Numbered from the stretch's first letter, positions 10,727-24,782 are shown. The stretch: DNA of 64,000 nt from Haliotis rufescens (GCF_023055435.1 NW_025963857.1:1178001-1242000); one strand, 5' to 3'. Made by a program: numbers and translations. The notes: generated by a model not told the origin, from the sequence alone.

Positions 10727-12861
10727 ATGGCAGTGCACCGACAATTGACAGACAACTTCTTGACGTGCAGCATCTGCATGGACGTCTTTGATGACCCCTG
10801 TACACTTGTGTGTTATCACACATTTTGTCGGAAATGTGTCGTTAGCTACACTGAAACCAGACCAGAAGCCATCAGTGCCAAGTCTCTCCTCTGTCCATTC
10901 TGTAGAACGATGACCAAAGTAGCCAACTCAAACAGGCCAGTTGAAGAGTGGGCACAGGAGGTGAAACCAACCTTTTTGATTCAGGGTCTCTTGGATTCAT
11001 TTAATCCCAAGACAAAAGGTATTTCCGAATAGGCTACCAGTGTTGAACTCATCCTAACATAGCTACGTTGTTCATATCCCTGGTTTGTGAATTCCTCGTA
11101 TGTACATTGAAAGGTTAAAGGTTATTTCGTAATATTAAAGTTCTATTGTTGAAAAATAACTGACACATTTGTATGTATACTTGCAGATACCCCGAAGTGC
11201 ATCCTATGTAGTGATGAAGGAGCGGCACCTCCAGCCACTGCTTGGTGTGCTGACTGTGACATCAGTCTTTGTGAGGGATGCCAGAAGGCTCACAGACGTA
11301 TTCCTGCCACTCGTCATCATGACGTATCTGACCTGTCCACAGAGGTCAAAATCAACCAAAGACGCAAACCATTCTGTAAGCAACATCCAGATCAAAGCAT
11401 GCAGTTCTACTGCAAAGATTGTAAGAAACTGCAATGTCAATCCTGTTGCATCTTGTATCACAGAAAGTGTGAGGCAATTCTACCGTTTGAATCTGTTATG
11501 CCAGAACTGATCAGCTGTGTTACGGGAGTTAAGGAAAGACTAGCGTCTCATTTACAAGCAACAGACAGTTTGCTAACAGATTTAGAAACCAAACGGACTG
11601 AGGTAATAAAGAACAGAGTCACCGTTCAGTGTCAGATCCGATCTACAATCCAGAGAGTCACAGAAGCCGTAAAGAAAAAGGAACGACCACTCCTGGACCA
11701 ACTGGATGACGCCACTGAGAAACATATCGAGCGACTGAAAACTGAAATGAAGTCTGAAGAGATGGTCAAGCAGATGATAAGTCATCACTCTGTGATGATA
11801 GACAGAGCTCTGGAGTCTGGAAGTGAAATGGACATCTATGAGATGTACCTGTGGTGTGAGTCAGAGGAGTTTCCAACAGTACACGACCCAGATTCAGATA
11901 TAACATATGAACTGAGAGAGAAAGTATGTTTTATGCATGATTGTGAAGAGATCTGTAACAATATACACGAGGTAAGCTTGGGTGAAATTGATACCATATA
12001 TGAAGATGTGTTTGATTCTACATCGACATCAGTTCTGCACGACACAGTGGACATACAAACAGAAGATGAGACAAGTTTACCTCATGTTTATGACGTGGCA
12101 GTGTTCAATGAAGGAGGTACAGACACCATAGTTGTAACTGATAATAACAACAAGTGCGTCAAATCCTTCTACACACGCAATACTAAACCCTGTCAGAGCT
12201 TTCTGTTCAGAGCCCCCTTCGGCGGATTGCAAAACTTAATGCCCATCACATGGCTGTGACCCTTCCCGAGACAAGGGAGATAATACTAATTGAAGTAAAA
12301 CTTGACCTTGTTCTTCAATCATACATTTCAACAAGGAAGAAATACTTTGGTCTGACGGCCCTGACACCGACTACCTTGGCAGCAGGATCCGGGTCGCCTC
12401 CCTGTGTTGACATCCTGGACATGGCGGGGAATGTGTTGAGGACGCTGAATCGTGTCACAGATGGGGGAACCCTTGTATCGGATCCTTTATTCCTATCTAC
12501 CACCAGTCAAGGTTACATCCTGGTGTCTTGCAGTCATGCCCCAAGAAGTCATGTGCTATGTATGACACCAAACGGAGATGTTGTGTTTAATTATGTACCC
12601 ACAGGACAACATCGAGCAATGAATCCATGTGGCATCACTGGAACAAACACAGGCGACATGCTTGTTGTTGACAACATGTCAAACAAAGTGGTTCATTTGA
12701 GTAGTTCAGGCACTTGGTTGAGAGACGTACTGACGTCAAGCGATGGCATCACTTTCCCTTATGGTCTGTACTTTGATAAACGGAGGCGTCTGTACGTCAC
12801 CAACCGCCACTGTGTGATGGTCTACAGGTTCATAACACGCACCAAACCAAGATGTACATGA
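10727..12861 (+). pseudogene. TRIM-B1: RING/B-box/B-box/coiled-coil/NHL-like TRIM, frameshifted in the propeller
   Basis: Exon 1 is 10727-11018 (C3HC4 RING), a GT-AG intron follows at 11019-11186, and exon 2 starts at 11187. A 4-nt deletion at ~12198 (CAGAGCT vs CAGAGTAAGCT in B2/B3) gives a stop at 12259. The remainder continues in another frame to 12861. Confidence 0.9.
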
Positions 12862-13499
12862 AGGGTGGTCTCGGTGAATGAACGACTGAATGATTTTGTA
12901 TAGATCTCCCTTTGAATAGTGTTTCAGTTATATAACGAGATTGAGAAACACAACCAGTGTGAAGTCAATGTAGGTGTGTTTACTCCTACTTCCGTTGTCC
13001 GATGACTGACTGTGTTCGATCCTGATGATGAGGTAATGATAGATGCACAGGGGACGCAGGCGCATTGTTATGAAACAATATGTTTACGAACCAATAATTT
13101 TTTCTAAAGAAAAATTAAATCATATTGTTCACCTGTGTCCCCTTTTGTATTGACATGTGCATAAAAACTATTGTATTTACAGTGTTGTTTAATTTTGCCA
13201 TTTATCGCTCGGTTGTTTTGACGTGATTCGATTACTTCCATTTCTTTTATAAGGGGATAAAACGAGGCTGACAGGTTGGACGGTAGGTTGATTAACGTCG
13301 CACTCAACACTCTTCCAGCTACAAGACGACGGTCTGCAGGTCAAGTGGGTGAGTGCGGCGATAAACAACAAACAAACAAACAAATCACTAATACCTCACG
13401 AACCTGTATCCAACGGAGTCAAACTGTCACGTCAAAATGAGAAAAGCTTCATTTCTTCATAACACCTTAATATATTAGTCACCTCTTGCTACTGTTTAC

Positions 13500-13712
13500 T
13501 GTTTGTTGGTTGGTTGGACGGTAGGTTCATTAACGCCGCCCCAACACTCTTCAAGCTACAAGACGGCGGTCTGAAGTTCCAGTGATTAACATGACCATCG
13601 ATCGATTGGAATACGGTGACATGCATCAACCAAGTCAGCGACCCTGACCACCCGATCCCGTTTGTCAACTCATACAAGCATGGGTTTCTGAAGATTCAAA
13701 CACAGATCTTCC
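13500..13712 (-). mobile_element. SINE-like repeat (family of 62548-62820); further minus copies ~14995-15165, ~28695-28870, ~41785-42000, ~61055-61290
   Basis: Reverse complement of the AACCCATGCTTG...GGATCGGGTGGTCAGG...GCGGCGTTAA...(CCAA)n consensus seen at 62548-62820. Confidence 0.75.
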
Positions 13713-15896
13713 AGAAGGCGCGGTTAAGGGTGGTCGTAGGGTAGAGGGAGGGGTAGACTAGTAGTTAAAGCTTGGCTTGTCACGCCAGAGGCATGGGTCC
13801 TAGTGCCTGCATGGATACAATGTATAAAGCCCATCTCTTACTCTGCCAAACATTCAAACAGTTGTTCCCGGCAACGAAACACGGGTGAAAACTGAACCAT
13901 AACACCTCGCATTGAGAGACAAAACAGAATCTGAGATATACCAATAAACACAAATACCCCTGGTAAATCAAATGTGAAATGAATGGACATTGTCATATAT
14001 AATTGGTGACTTTTTTTATTGAAACATATCTGCCATTAGAGAAACTACAGCCTGCTTCTACGCGGATGTCGCACTTGCATCTATAGGCTTAGCAATCTTA
14101 ATCACAAGTCTATTCTGCACCAAATAAACGGTTAAAAATAAGATATGGAAACATTTGCCATTTATATTTTTATGATCTAGGCAGAATATTATTTCGAGAA
14201 CAGAGACATATATGCTATGTAGGATTCTGTTGGCAATTCATGACACACCCGTAGCCAATCATATACCGTTTTACCGATTGAAACAAACTGATAATTTAGA
14301 GAAATAACCTTTGGGCAACGAAGAAGTACGTGTTATCTGTGCCAAGTGGTATAAAGTGAGTTCAGAGCCTCGGCGAGGTACTAATACTGTCGATGAAACG
14401 GATGTATTTTCCATAGTTTTGATAGATAACCATGGCTTCACGACTGTTTCGTGGGATTATGTCGGCAGTGTTGTGGTTGGTGTCGACGAACAGACACATT
14501 CGCTCAGATTTTCTAAACTTGTCCTTGGATGAATGAACAAAACAGCATCAATATATATGGAAACAATATGTATTTGTAAGTAACGGGGGGAACATGAGAT
14601 TTTAACCGCCATTTCTCCCTTTACATCACACAGCGTTAACTGATGTTTGTTACAAAGACATGCGTCGTGTTCCACGAAAAGAATCAACCGCGGAAACGAT
14701 CTCTTTTCACATCTTTTAACATAAATTCCCGTCGTAGAACGGGTTCCATAGTGGTGTGGTGTGTGTTATGTATTCATTTAAACAAGAAAAAAATTGTACA
14801 AAGGTAGGGACAGCACTTTTATTATGACAGAAATGTAAACACCTGGATATGCAAGTAAATGTTTACCAATACACTTAAACTGACAGGAAGTGGTTAATGG
14901 TTTTAATTATCAGAGTTTTATTGTATTTACAAATATATAATTATATACTTCACGAGGCAATAAGGCTTAACTTTCCAGCAGTCGCCAATTGGGTTTTTTT
15001 TCGTCGCAGCACTCGGCAATATTCCAGCTATATGAGGGTGGTCTGTAATTAATCGAGTCTGGTCAGATAGTCCAGTGATTGACATCATGAGCATCGATCT
15101 ATGTATTTGGGATACGATGACATGCAATCAACCAGGCCACGTGATCCATTAGGTCGCCTCCAACAACTGGCACGTGTTGTTGGTAACCTTTGCTCGTTCC
15201 CAAAATCCGCCCTCCCCGCTAACTTAAATATACACGTTATACATGCACATTCAATAACGGAATATTTGTGTGACGGGTGACAATTCCAGTTCTGTGTGTT
15301 CATTGTTCACATATACCACACTGATGTCTCTCAGCTCCACATCAATGTCAGACACAAACATCGCGAACACCTGGTGTGGGCACAATAAAACTGCGCACCC
15401 CCCAACTACTGCCCCACATAATAGTTCTTAAACGTTCTTCATTCTTTTAAGAAGCAGAATAGGTGCACTTAATTCGAAGGTTAAAATTAACGTATCGGTT
15501 TTATTAGTTTCAACAAAATCAGTTAATGCACTAACGTGTCACTGGATTTTCTGGTTCATCGATCACTTGATTGTCTGGTTTGTTTACAGGCCGCCGTCTC
15601 ACGATACGAGTACAGCATTGCCGCGTTTGGGACAAATACCTCCTTTGTCATAAAAATTGTGTGATTGGCGAGTGCTACCGATAGGGCCGGACATGCTTAC
15701 CCTTTTCGCGAACACCTGGAGTCATAACTCAATATCAGTGGTCCATTCATATAAATTTCATAACTATTTAGCACTTTACGTCAAATTTTAACTGTTTCGG
15801 TGGACACTCTAGACTGATTGTTCTCTTATTTACATAACCTATTGTCACTCAGATGGTGACGGATTCTATCAGGAACAATCGTTATGCATCCACATC

Positions 15897-18641
15897 TTAG
15901 GTGTTTCTTGTAAATCTGTAGATCTTCACACAGTCATCATCGATGACATACAGGTGCTGACTTTCACACAGGTAGAGACCATTCGGATATGTAATACCAT
16001 CACGTGACAAACGTCCCAGAAGCGCTGAGTTGAAACACACAATTTACATTGCATTCTATAACCAGGATATGTCCTGTGTTGGTTTCAGTGATTCCACGAA
16101 GGCAAGGCCACTGCTGGATAGGCTGATACCTGAACACAACATCTCCATGAGGAGTTAAACAGAGGACTCTGCCAGCGTCCTCTTCACAGCAAGACACGAG
16201 GATGTTACCCTGCCTGGTGGTACTGAGGAAGTAAGGATCTGATACAAGTATCTCTCCATCTGTGACAGGATCCAGGGTCCTCAACACATTCCCCGCCATG
16301 TCCAGGATGTCCACACAGGGAGGAGACACGGATCCTGCTGCCAGGGTTGTCGGTGTCAGGGATGTCAGACCCACATACACCTTCCTTGTAGAGATGGATG
16401 ATTGAAGAACCAGTTCAGGCTTCACTTCTACTATTATTATCTCTTTACTGTTAAGGATAGTCACAGCCATTTTATTGTTGTTTAATTTTGCAATACATAA
16501 AGGGGCGCTTTGTACACCCAGCTTACTCTGACATGACTTCTTGTTTCTTTTGTAGAAGGATTTCACACACTTGTTGCCATAATCTGTGACAACTATGGTG
16601 TCTGTGTTGTCAACAACAAATACTGCCACGTCAAAAGCATAGGGTTTCTTCTCATCATCTTCTACCCGTATGTCCACTGTGTCATACAGAACTGCTGTAG
16701 TTGTAGAATCAAAAACATCTTCAAACATGATATCAATCACACCCAAGTGTAGATCGTTTAGTTCCTCACACATCAGATGACGATCGTGTATGAAACAAGC
16801 CTTGCCCCCAGATACATCCTTCATACCTGACTCTGGGTCACACACAGTGGCTGCCTCCTCCGACTCACTCCACAGATACATCTCACAGATGTCCACGTCA
16901 CTCTCAGACTCCAGAGCTCTGCCCAGCAACTCCGAGTGTTGACGAATCATCAGCCTGGCCATCTCCTCACGCTTAATGTCTCCTTTCAGCTGTCCTCTTT
17001 GTTTCTCTGTGACGTCATCTATTTGTTCCAGGAGTTGTCTTTCCTTCTTCTTTATCAAGTCAATGGCGATGTGGGTTGCTGATCGGACCTGAGACTGAAG
17101 GCTTGACTTGTTCTCGTTAATTTCAGTACATTGTGCTTCCTTCTTTGCAAGACGAGTGTTTGATGTTGCTAAATCAGTCTCTAGTTTCTGCTTTACAGAT
17201 TGAAGAGTGTTTTGCATTTCAGGCAACACAGATTCAAGCGAGACAATGGACTCACACTTTCTGTGATACAAGATGCAACAAGATTGACATTGTATTTTTT
17301 TACAGTCCTTGCAGTAGACCTGCATCCTCTGATCTGGATGTTCTTTACACATGGGTTTCCGTCTTTTCTTCACCTTGACATCCCTTGACAAGTCAGATAC
17401 GTCATGGTGACGGAAGGCAGGATTACGAGCATGGGCCTTAAGACATCCACCACACAGCGAGACTTCACAGTCAGAACACCAAGATGTAGCCAGAGTTGCC
17501 TCCCCGTCATCATCACATGAGTTGCAGTTATTTGTTACTAAAAAAGAAATATACACATGCATTATGTCGACATGATTCATTTAAGGTTGTTTGTTTAAAG
17601 AGAAATATAGGTTATGTTAGGATGTACTTAGAAAGTGCTTCACATGAACAGAAAATATGAATATTAGAGCACCTATTTGCGCCATCTTTATAAAGACATT
17701 TATCCTTTCCTTTATCAGTACCCATTTAAGGGGCACCAGTGACGCAGTCTTCTAAATCTGCATGTCTGCATCCCTCAAATCCCAGAGTCGTCCTCATTAT
17801 GTTTCATGGTATGTCGGCACCATTCTTGTGCTCGTGGGTTTCACCAAAGTGACATTTGACATCGGATCAAGTTTTCCACACTCATCAAACTGACATGCGA
17901 TGCTATAACTGGAATACTCAAGTACACATTTCACGTTTAGGTTGGTTCATTTTGGTTTTCCAACATAGAAAATACAGTACCTGTTAATAAAACGTACCTA
18001 TCAACTCGTAATAAAAAGTCGATACAACAATAAATTGAAAAAGTATTTTTGTGTTCGTATGCAATAAGAAAGGCGTTAACATTATGTGGCATTGTTACCA
18101 GACAAGGTCAATAACATGACTTCAAAATCATGAGAATCAAAACTTTGTCTCAGAAGCAAACGAGCAAATATGTTACAGGATTGACTGCAGGCCTAATAGT
18201 GTGCCACTGAAAGAAATGACAGAGATATTCAAGGACAAGAACGAGTCTGTCATAGATGGGTAAATACTGTTGCCTGTGTTGAAGATGAATTAAAACTATA
18301 TGGATTGAGTGGAAGTCCAACCACCATGGTCTCTGGTGTATACTTATACCTTGACTGCAGGGAGCGAAGGAATCCATGAGACCCTGAATCAAGAAGCTGG
18401 GTTTCACCTCCTGTGCCCATTCTTCAACTGGCCTGTTTGAGTTGGCTACTTTGGTCATCTTACGACAGAATGGACAGAGGAGAGACTTGGCACTGATGGC
18501 TTCTGGTCTGGTTTCAGTGTAGCTGACGACACATTTCCGACAAAATGTGTGATAACACACAAGTGTACAGGGGTCATCAAAGACGTCCTTGCAGATGCTG
18601 CAAGTCAGGAAATTGTCTGTCAATGTCTTGTGCATCGCCAT
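15897..18641 (-). pseudogene. TRIM-A2: C-terminally truncated by a 17-nt deletion
   Basis: Exon 1 (18641-18350) has an intact RING; exon 2 starts at 17537. Deletion of GTCAACACTTCCCTCAC at 16008/16009 relative to A1 gives a stop at 16000. The last blade (DGITYPNGLYL...YRFTRNT, stop at 15897) is out of frame. A truncated protein could still be made. Confidence 0.85.
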
Positions 18642-19049
18642 CTGTAATAGTAAAACATATTTATGAACAAACAATTTTAGATTTTGACCTTTTTGTGAAT
18701 TTACATATTTTCAGTTGAGGTGAAGAGAAAGATTTATCATCATAATTTTAAGTAATGACTTGTCCAGCTCCAACAAAGCTAATTACTACACTTACACTGA
18801 GACAGACTAATACATCGTCTTTGAAATATTTTATTACACATAACAGTTCTCTCTTCTTAAATAAAAACAATTAATTTTCGTGATGCTGATTTCATAGGGA
18901 TTGTTAGAGCTGGCTACAACTGTTTTTCTATGAAACTAGACAGGTTTTGTTTTTATAAAATGCATATATTCCACAGTCATGGTGCAGGATCATATTCAAG
19001 ACTACTTTAATAGTAGACCATAACGAAAGTAGAATGTTGGCTGACCCGG

Positions 19050-19085
<36 letters not shown>

Positions 19086-21484
19086 TCATGAAAACATACT
19101 GTGATTGATTTGTTGACTGATTGGTTGGTCGGTTGGTTGGTTTAAGGACATCGCAAGCTTACGACAAGTTTCAGTATTGTGTAACACCCCATGCATGAAC
19201 CACCGCCAGCTTAATCATGTTGAAACGTCCGTAAAATGCTTATACATGAACATGACTCATTCCAGTACATTTGCATAACGAAAGTAGAATCTTTGATTCT
19301 GTTGGCTGACCCAGAGAGGGGCGTGGGGTATGTCCAAGGTCCCCCTCCTCTTTCTTTTAAAAACAAATTGTGTAGGCAGTAAACTTATCTGAACGAGGAT
19401 TTGGATATGTTAGACCCCTCCCCAGAATGCTTGATCCGCCCTTCTATTCTAGGAATAGATGGACTCCTGTAGTGTAAATAACACTGACATCTGTTACTTT
19501 AATAAAAACAAGTTTTGACGATGGATCTGGATGGATATTGCTGACATTTTGCTGTTGTTCAAAATAAACTATAACTCAATCTTATAAACAGCACGCAGGG
19601 ACCATACGACCATGTACAACCAGGACGTATGAAGCTATTTTCACCCCTTCCATATACCTGTGGCATGTCACAATGATCAAGTATATGCGGGACGTCAAAC
19701 AAACTTGCATGTTGCCAATGCTCACATTACCTTTAATTGTCAGTAGTTTTAACCTCTCATTCTTCCTGTCTACCTGACGCCATGTCGGCTGTGTCGATTG
19801 TGACGTGTTAAGAGGCGGTTTGCTAAATTGGTATGCGTTGTCTGATGCGCACATACTGGTAACCAGTCTAGTCGCTGCAGGTAAAACATTGATCGCGACT
19901 GACATGGAGGGACGTGTCCAGTGTATACTCCACAACAGTACTTCGTTTTCTTGATGTTTGTCGTCTATTTATTGTTTATCAGTGTATCTGTAATTTATTG
20001 AACTTTTTGAAAGAATTGGCTTATTTGATTCCTATATGATCATCCTACATTTTCTGTGCATGAATCACATGAGTCAAAAGTAATGTAAAGAATATTTGAT
20101 TCCATTCAGTTTGGCTCAATTCCCCACTGGGAGCTCAGTTGTGTAAGGCGCGTAATAGACTGTGCAGAGTTGCTTCCCTTAGACCATGCCTGATGTCGTC
20201 AGTTCGTATCACAGTTTCGCCCTGATTGTTTCTAGGGTTGTCAGCACCATACCTGTGCACGTGGGTTTCACCAAAGTTGCAAACGTCTATTTATTACATC
20301 GAGTCCGGCCACAAACACTCTGTCGACGTGATGTAACTGAAATATTGTTAATTAAGCGGTGTTAAAGTGTATCAGCGAGTGAGTTTTGGTAAACTTTGAA
20401 AGGTGGTTCCGTTAAACAGGTGGGGAAACTACAGGCACGGGCATGGTGCGGGCAGCAAAAACATTATAATCAAGGCAAAGGTGGAATTCTCGACCACGAT
20501 TATAGGATCCTGGCATGAAGCAAAGTACAGCAACTCTGCACAGCTAACTTTTGAGCCTTCGACACACACCCCACCCAACACCCCCCCCCCCCCCACCCCA
20601 CCCCCCACACACACACAAACACACACACCCACCCCCACCCACACACACACACACACACACACGTACGTTCATCAATCGTAATACCAAAGGAGATCAGCTG
20701 TTACAAGTCTAATTGAGTAAACATTCTTTTAACTTTATCTTCTCTGTGTCTGCGGTCAATGTAAATATGGTGAAACTAATTACCCTAGACTCATAAAGGC
20801 TGTTGTTTTGTTTTACCAGATACTCTAACTGAGACAGTATCCAGGGTTTAGATTAATAAAGAGAAAGGCCCACTCTCTGATAATAGCCTTTGAGGCAATA
20901 TATTCGACGTATGTTGATGTCATCTGACATTGTCATTTAATATGTGTAATACAGCAACAAAATCTCGCAGTGCAGACTCCATGCGTCCCTCATCTTCTCG
21001 GTACAGATTCCAAGACGCTCAACACAAGTTGCAGAAGCGGGCACAGTTGGCGGACGCCCAGTCTTTGTACACTGGCGCACACGAGTGAGGGTAGGAGTCA
21101 CAGTTGCTCCACTTGTCGACACAGGTCGCCGGCAGCGTGTGACGTACTGTAGCCCCTGGCAGGATGACATTAAAACACTGTAGGATTACGAAATACTTTT
21201 TGACATTGTAATTGGTAAGAAACTTCATGTTGTGGAACGGACTGGAAAGAGAAAACTCCTCGGCCCATTATTTACTGGGATATTATGTCCTACACGCTAT
21301 ACAATATGCACTGCACGCCACACGTTAAGTATTCTACACTAAACACTATATAAACAATCGGCCAAAAGAATCTCAACAAATGAAATTTAAAAAAATTGAA
21401 AACGCAAGTTGAAACTAAATCAATGCAAACATATCGTCCTAATAATGCTCTATGCAGAAGGTGATGCACGTCCACAGTATTAAC

Positions 21485-21650
21485 GGATCGCCTCTGTGGT
21501 CTAGTGGTAGAGCGTCAGCCAGGAGAGTGGAATGTTCGGGTTTCGATCCCCGGGAGCGTCATACCAAAAGACGTTAAATGATGGTACTTGTTGTTACTCT
21601 GCCTGGCACTCGGCGTTCAGGGGCTAAAACAAGGACTGGTCGGCTCGGAG
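21485..21650 (+). mobile_element. 5' part of tRNA-derived SINE (family of 36463-36835); paralogue ~50015-50180
   Basis: GTGGTCTAGTGGTAGAGCG A-box, GGTTTCGATCCC B-box, then CGTCATACCAAAAGACGTTAAA. Confidence 0.75.
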
Positions 21651-22053
21651 ATAAACACACTACACCCCAAACTATACACATTACACACTACACATCACAC
21701 ACCACACACATTTTGCAACTTAGCACAATATCTACACACTACACCCAAAACAACATACACCACACACCACACACATTAAACAATGCACTGTATCTTCTAC
21801 ACACTACACACTACACACCGACGTCCCGTATCCCTCGTGTGAGAACAAAATGTCAGTTTATAATATGTCAGTATTTGATGTAAGGAGTAGCAGAACTGGA
21901 CTTTAATGGATGCCTACCAGTAAATGCCCTTGTTGGTCGTGTTACCGCCACTGTCGTCTCGTCTGGAGTTGGAATCATGTAGACATTTAGAATGATCCTG
22001 AGTAGAGAGATTGGGGTATCGGGGGGAGAGGTAGAGAGAGTGGGATATGGGGC

Positions 22054-22066
22054 GAGAGAGAGAGAG

Positions 22067-22123
<57 letters not shown>

Positions 22124-22145
22124 GACAGAGACAGACAGACAAAAA
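22054..22145. repeat. (GA)n/(GACA)n microsatellite
   Basis: Directly visible. Confidence 0.95.
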
Positions 22146-22899
22146 GATAGAAGGAAAGCCAGTGAAAGAATGGTAGGGAGTTCATGTGGAGAGACAATTA
22201 TCACATACATAAGACGTTAGCTTTACAACATCAGTTGTAGGTGCGAGCCACCTTGACACGTAATGTCAGTCTTAGACTCATTCTAATATTCCTGAGATGT
22301 GGCTTATTACATAATCTAGGAACTATCTTCATTGACTCCAGACTTTAAGCATTGACTCCTGAAAACCACATTCATGAAACCGGTTGAGTAAATTATACAG
22401 CTCATCTTAGGACATTTGTATTTTACTTATACTGAAATCAGACCAGACTGACATGATTATCCACACATGAATACACATGTACATGTGTACAGGTAGTATC
22501 AGTGTATCGTAGTGAGCTGACACATGCGGCAAGTCTTGGCGCAGTACAGCAACCCCCACCTCTGTTGTGTGTCCGACTTGCAGACAGACTTATAGATGCT
22601 ACATGTTGATAGTTTGTCCTCACAGACGGGAGTAGGCGGTGTTGTGGTCGTCGTCGGTGCTGTCGTTGCTTAAATCGTCAAGATTGGACTTTTCACATTT
22701 CAATTATTGAATTAGCAAAATGGCTAATATGAGACAATGAGTGTTTTTTGTTCTGATCGCCCTCTGCAAGGAAAAGCGACACAACCTTGCCATATTCACA
22801 GTAAATCTCGGCTGAAATGACTACATCATGAGCATGTGTTATATTCTGATGGTGGAAGGTCTTAGCGAAAAGTCTGGCGAATCCTGCCCCAACCGTCAA

Positions 22900-23640
22900 A
22901 AACACATGCAAAGGCAAGTCAACTGTTCACATAACAAACACGGGAACATGTTACAAGTCAAAACAAGGAATTGCATTGGACATCATTATCGTCACCGATG
23001 CGTCAAATTTGAAAATGTCGTTCATATATCTACCATAGAACGTTTTGAACGCTTCATGAGGCCATGAATGTGGTAACCTTGATCAAACAACTTGTGAGCA
23101 AGAGTCGTATGACGCTCTTGGTACAAAGAACATGCTCGATTGTTCCTCAAAAGCTGTGAGATGTAAACACCAAAACCTGGAGCTGCAGGAATATTGCAAT
23201 ACAGTCTTGAGGAGAATGTTTTGCGCTCTGAATCTTTATGCATAGATCTAAACATGAAACAGATGAGGCGGTTTAATTATGGTTCAGGTGGGTAAATCAG
23301 TGGAAGGGAATTGGCTACTTGATGGTTATTGAAGGATATCAGATCATCGATATACCTGAGGCATTAATTGAACTTCCTGGCCAAATAACATTGTGTTGAC
23401 TTTCCTAATGAAAGAAGAGTGTACTATTTATTTGCATAAAGGAAGAGATCAGTAAGAAGAGGAGCACAATTGGCACACGTGGGGATGCCTTCTTCTTACC
23501 TAAATGTCTTACAAAAGGTTTACATAGATGTTATCAACAAGGAAGTCCAGCATCTCACACATTGTTTCTCAGGAGACTTCAGATGGCATTTGCCTTCATT
23601 TTTTGACAAAATGTCTTGAACCTCTGAAGATGGACGTGTG
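22900..23640 (-). mobile_element. Degenerate Penelope-like retroelement RT remnant
   Basis: Translation NIPAAPGFGVYISQLLRNNRACS...LAHKLFDQGY resembles the PLE RT C-terminal region. Paralogue of 52640-53390. Confidence 0.7.
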
Positions 23641-23871
23641 ACTTTACCTTTTGTCACCACGTTTTGCAACAAAAGCCCCATGGATAGAGAAGTTAAGACA
23701 AAGAATGTATGTGTTAGCGACGGTCGGGATATGTTTGGTAGAACGATATAATAAATCAGCATATTTCATCCAAAATATATCCTGTAAAGTACTTTTGAAT
23801 TTTTATCCGCATCACGTTGGAATTATTAAGGCCACCTTTGAATATCAATACCGGGCCACATGTACGGTCAC

Positions 23872-24147
23872 GGGGGGCGCGGGTGCCCCAGTCGTCTAAG
23901 GGGATGCAGTTCCCTGTGCAGAGTTGCAACCCCTAGGCACGCCAGAAACCTTTGATTGGGGATTCGAATCCCGGTTCGCCCCAATTATGTTTCTAGGTTT
24001 GTCAGCACCGTACCCGTGCTCGTGGGTTTCACAGAAGAGGTAAAGGTCTGAGATCTGCATCACTTTGGGCTTTCCTCCCAAATTAACTGACGCGTGATAT
24101 AACTGGAATACTGTTAAAACTGGCGTTAATCCCAACTCACTCACTCC
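23872..24147 (+). mobile_element. tRNA-derived SINE (family of 9756-10030) at a rearrangement junction
   Basis: Full head-to-(CTCA)n tail. The 3' flank matches 10035 onward but the 5' flank does not match 9590-9755. Confidence 0.8.
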
Positions 24148-24258
24148 CTATTCACGTTAAACTGCGGCATGGTGTCTCAGTTGGCTAGCTATATGAAACC
24201 GACATTAATTAAGTCCAAGCAGCCACACACATACACACATAAACACACATTCACATCC

Positions 24259-24389
24259 NNNNNNNNNNNNNNNNNNNNNNNNNNNNNNNNNNNNNNNNNN
24301 NNNNNNNNNNNNNNNNNNNNNNNNNNNNNNNNNNNNNNNNNNNNNNNNNNNNNNNNNNNNNNNNNNNNNNNNNNNNNNNNNNNNNNNNN
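24259..24389. other. Assembly gap (N run); others at 38433-38603 and 48974-49171
   Basis: Runs of n located at or next to CA/CT microsatellites. Confidence 0.99.
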
Positions 24390-24782
24390 CAATAACGCTT
24401 TCCAAAACATAACTTTGCCTTTGTAGCGTGGAGTGATTATTTGGGAACTGTGAAATGACACTGAGCTATTTTCAAGCATTAGTATTTTGATCCACAAAAC
24501 TGTAACTCATGAACTGACCAATCACGTATTGACTGCTTTTATATGTGGTTAAGGATTGTAGTCATAATTAGGCATTGGAACATGGACATGTGCTGGAGGT
24601 ACATGAGCACACAACAAACTACCTCAAGTCTTGTAACGATCTTGTATCCATGTCTACTCTCTGTGAGTTCATTATTGATAAAACTGCCCGTATATCAATC
24701 AAAAACAAAAATGGGTTCTTCTGGATGAAAAGGTGTATGATGTTAAGTTGAGAATGCCAATATTTTTATTTTAACATTTTAG

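Larger units (their letters stand above)
21019..22668 (-). pseudogene. 5'-truncated copy of the ShKT gene (last three exons)
   Basis: Exons 22668-~22520 (TTAPTTTTTPPTPVCEDKLSTCSIYKSVCKSDTQQRWGLLYCAKTCRMC), 21962-21918 and 21155-21019. The donor of the first has lost AGTAAGT (7 nt) relative to 52272. Signal-peptide exons are absent. Confidence 0.85.

Noticed and set aside
11169-11510. Alternative-frame and antisense ORFs overlapping TRIM exons (also 25225, 39485, 2902, 17133 etc.)
   Set aside because: Shadow ORFs that recur only because the underlying genes are duplicated; no independent coding features.
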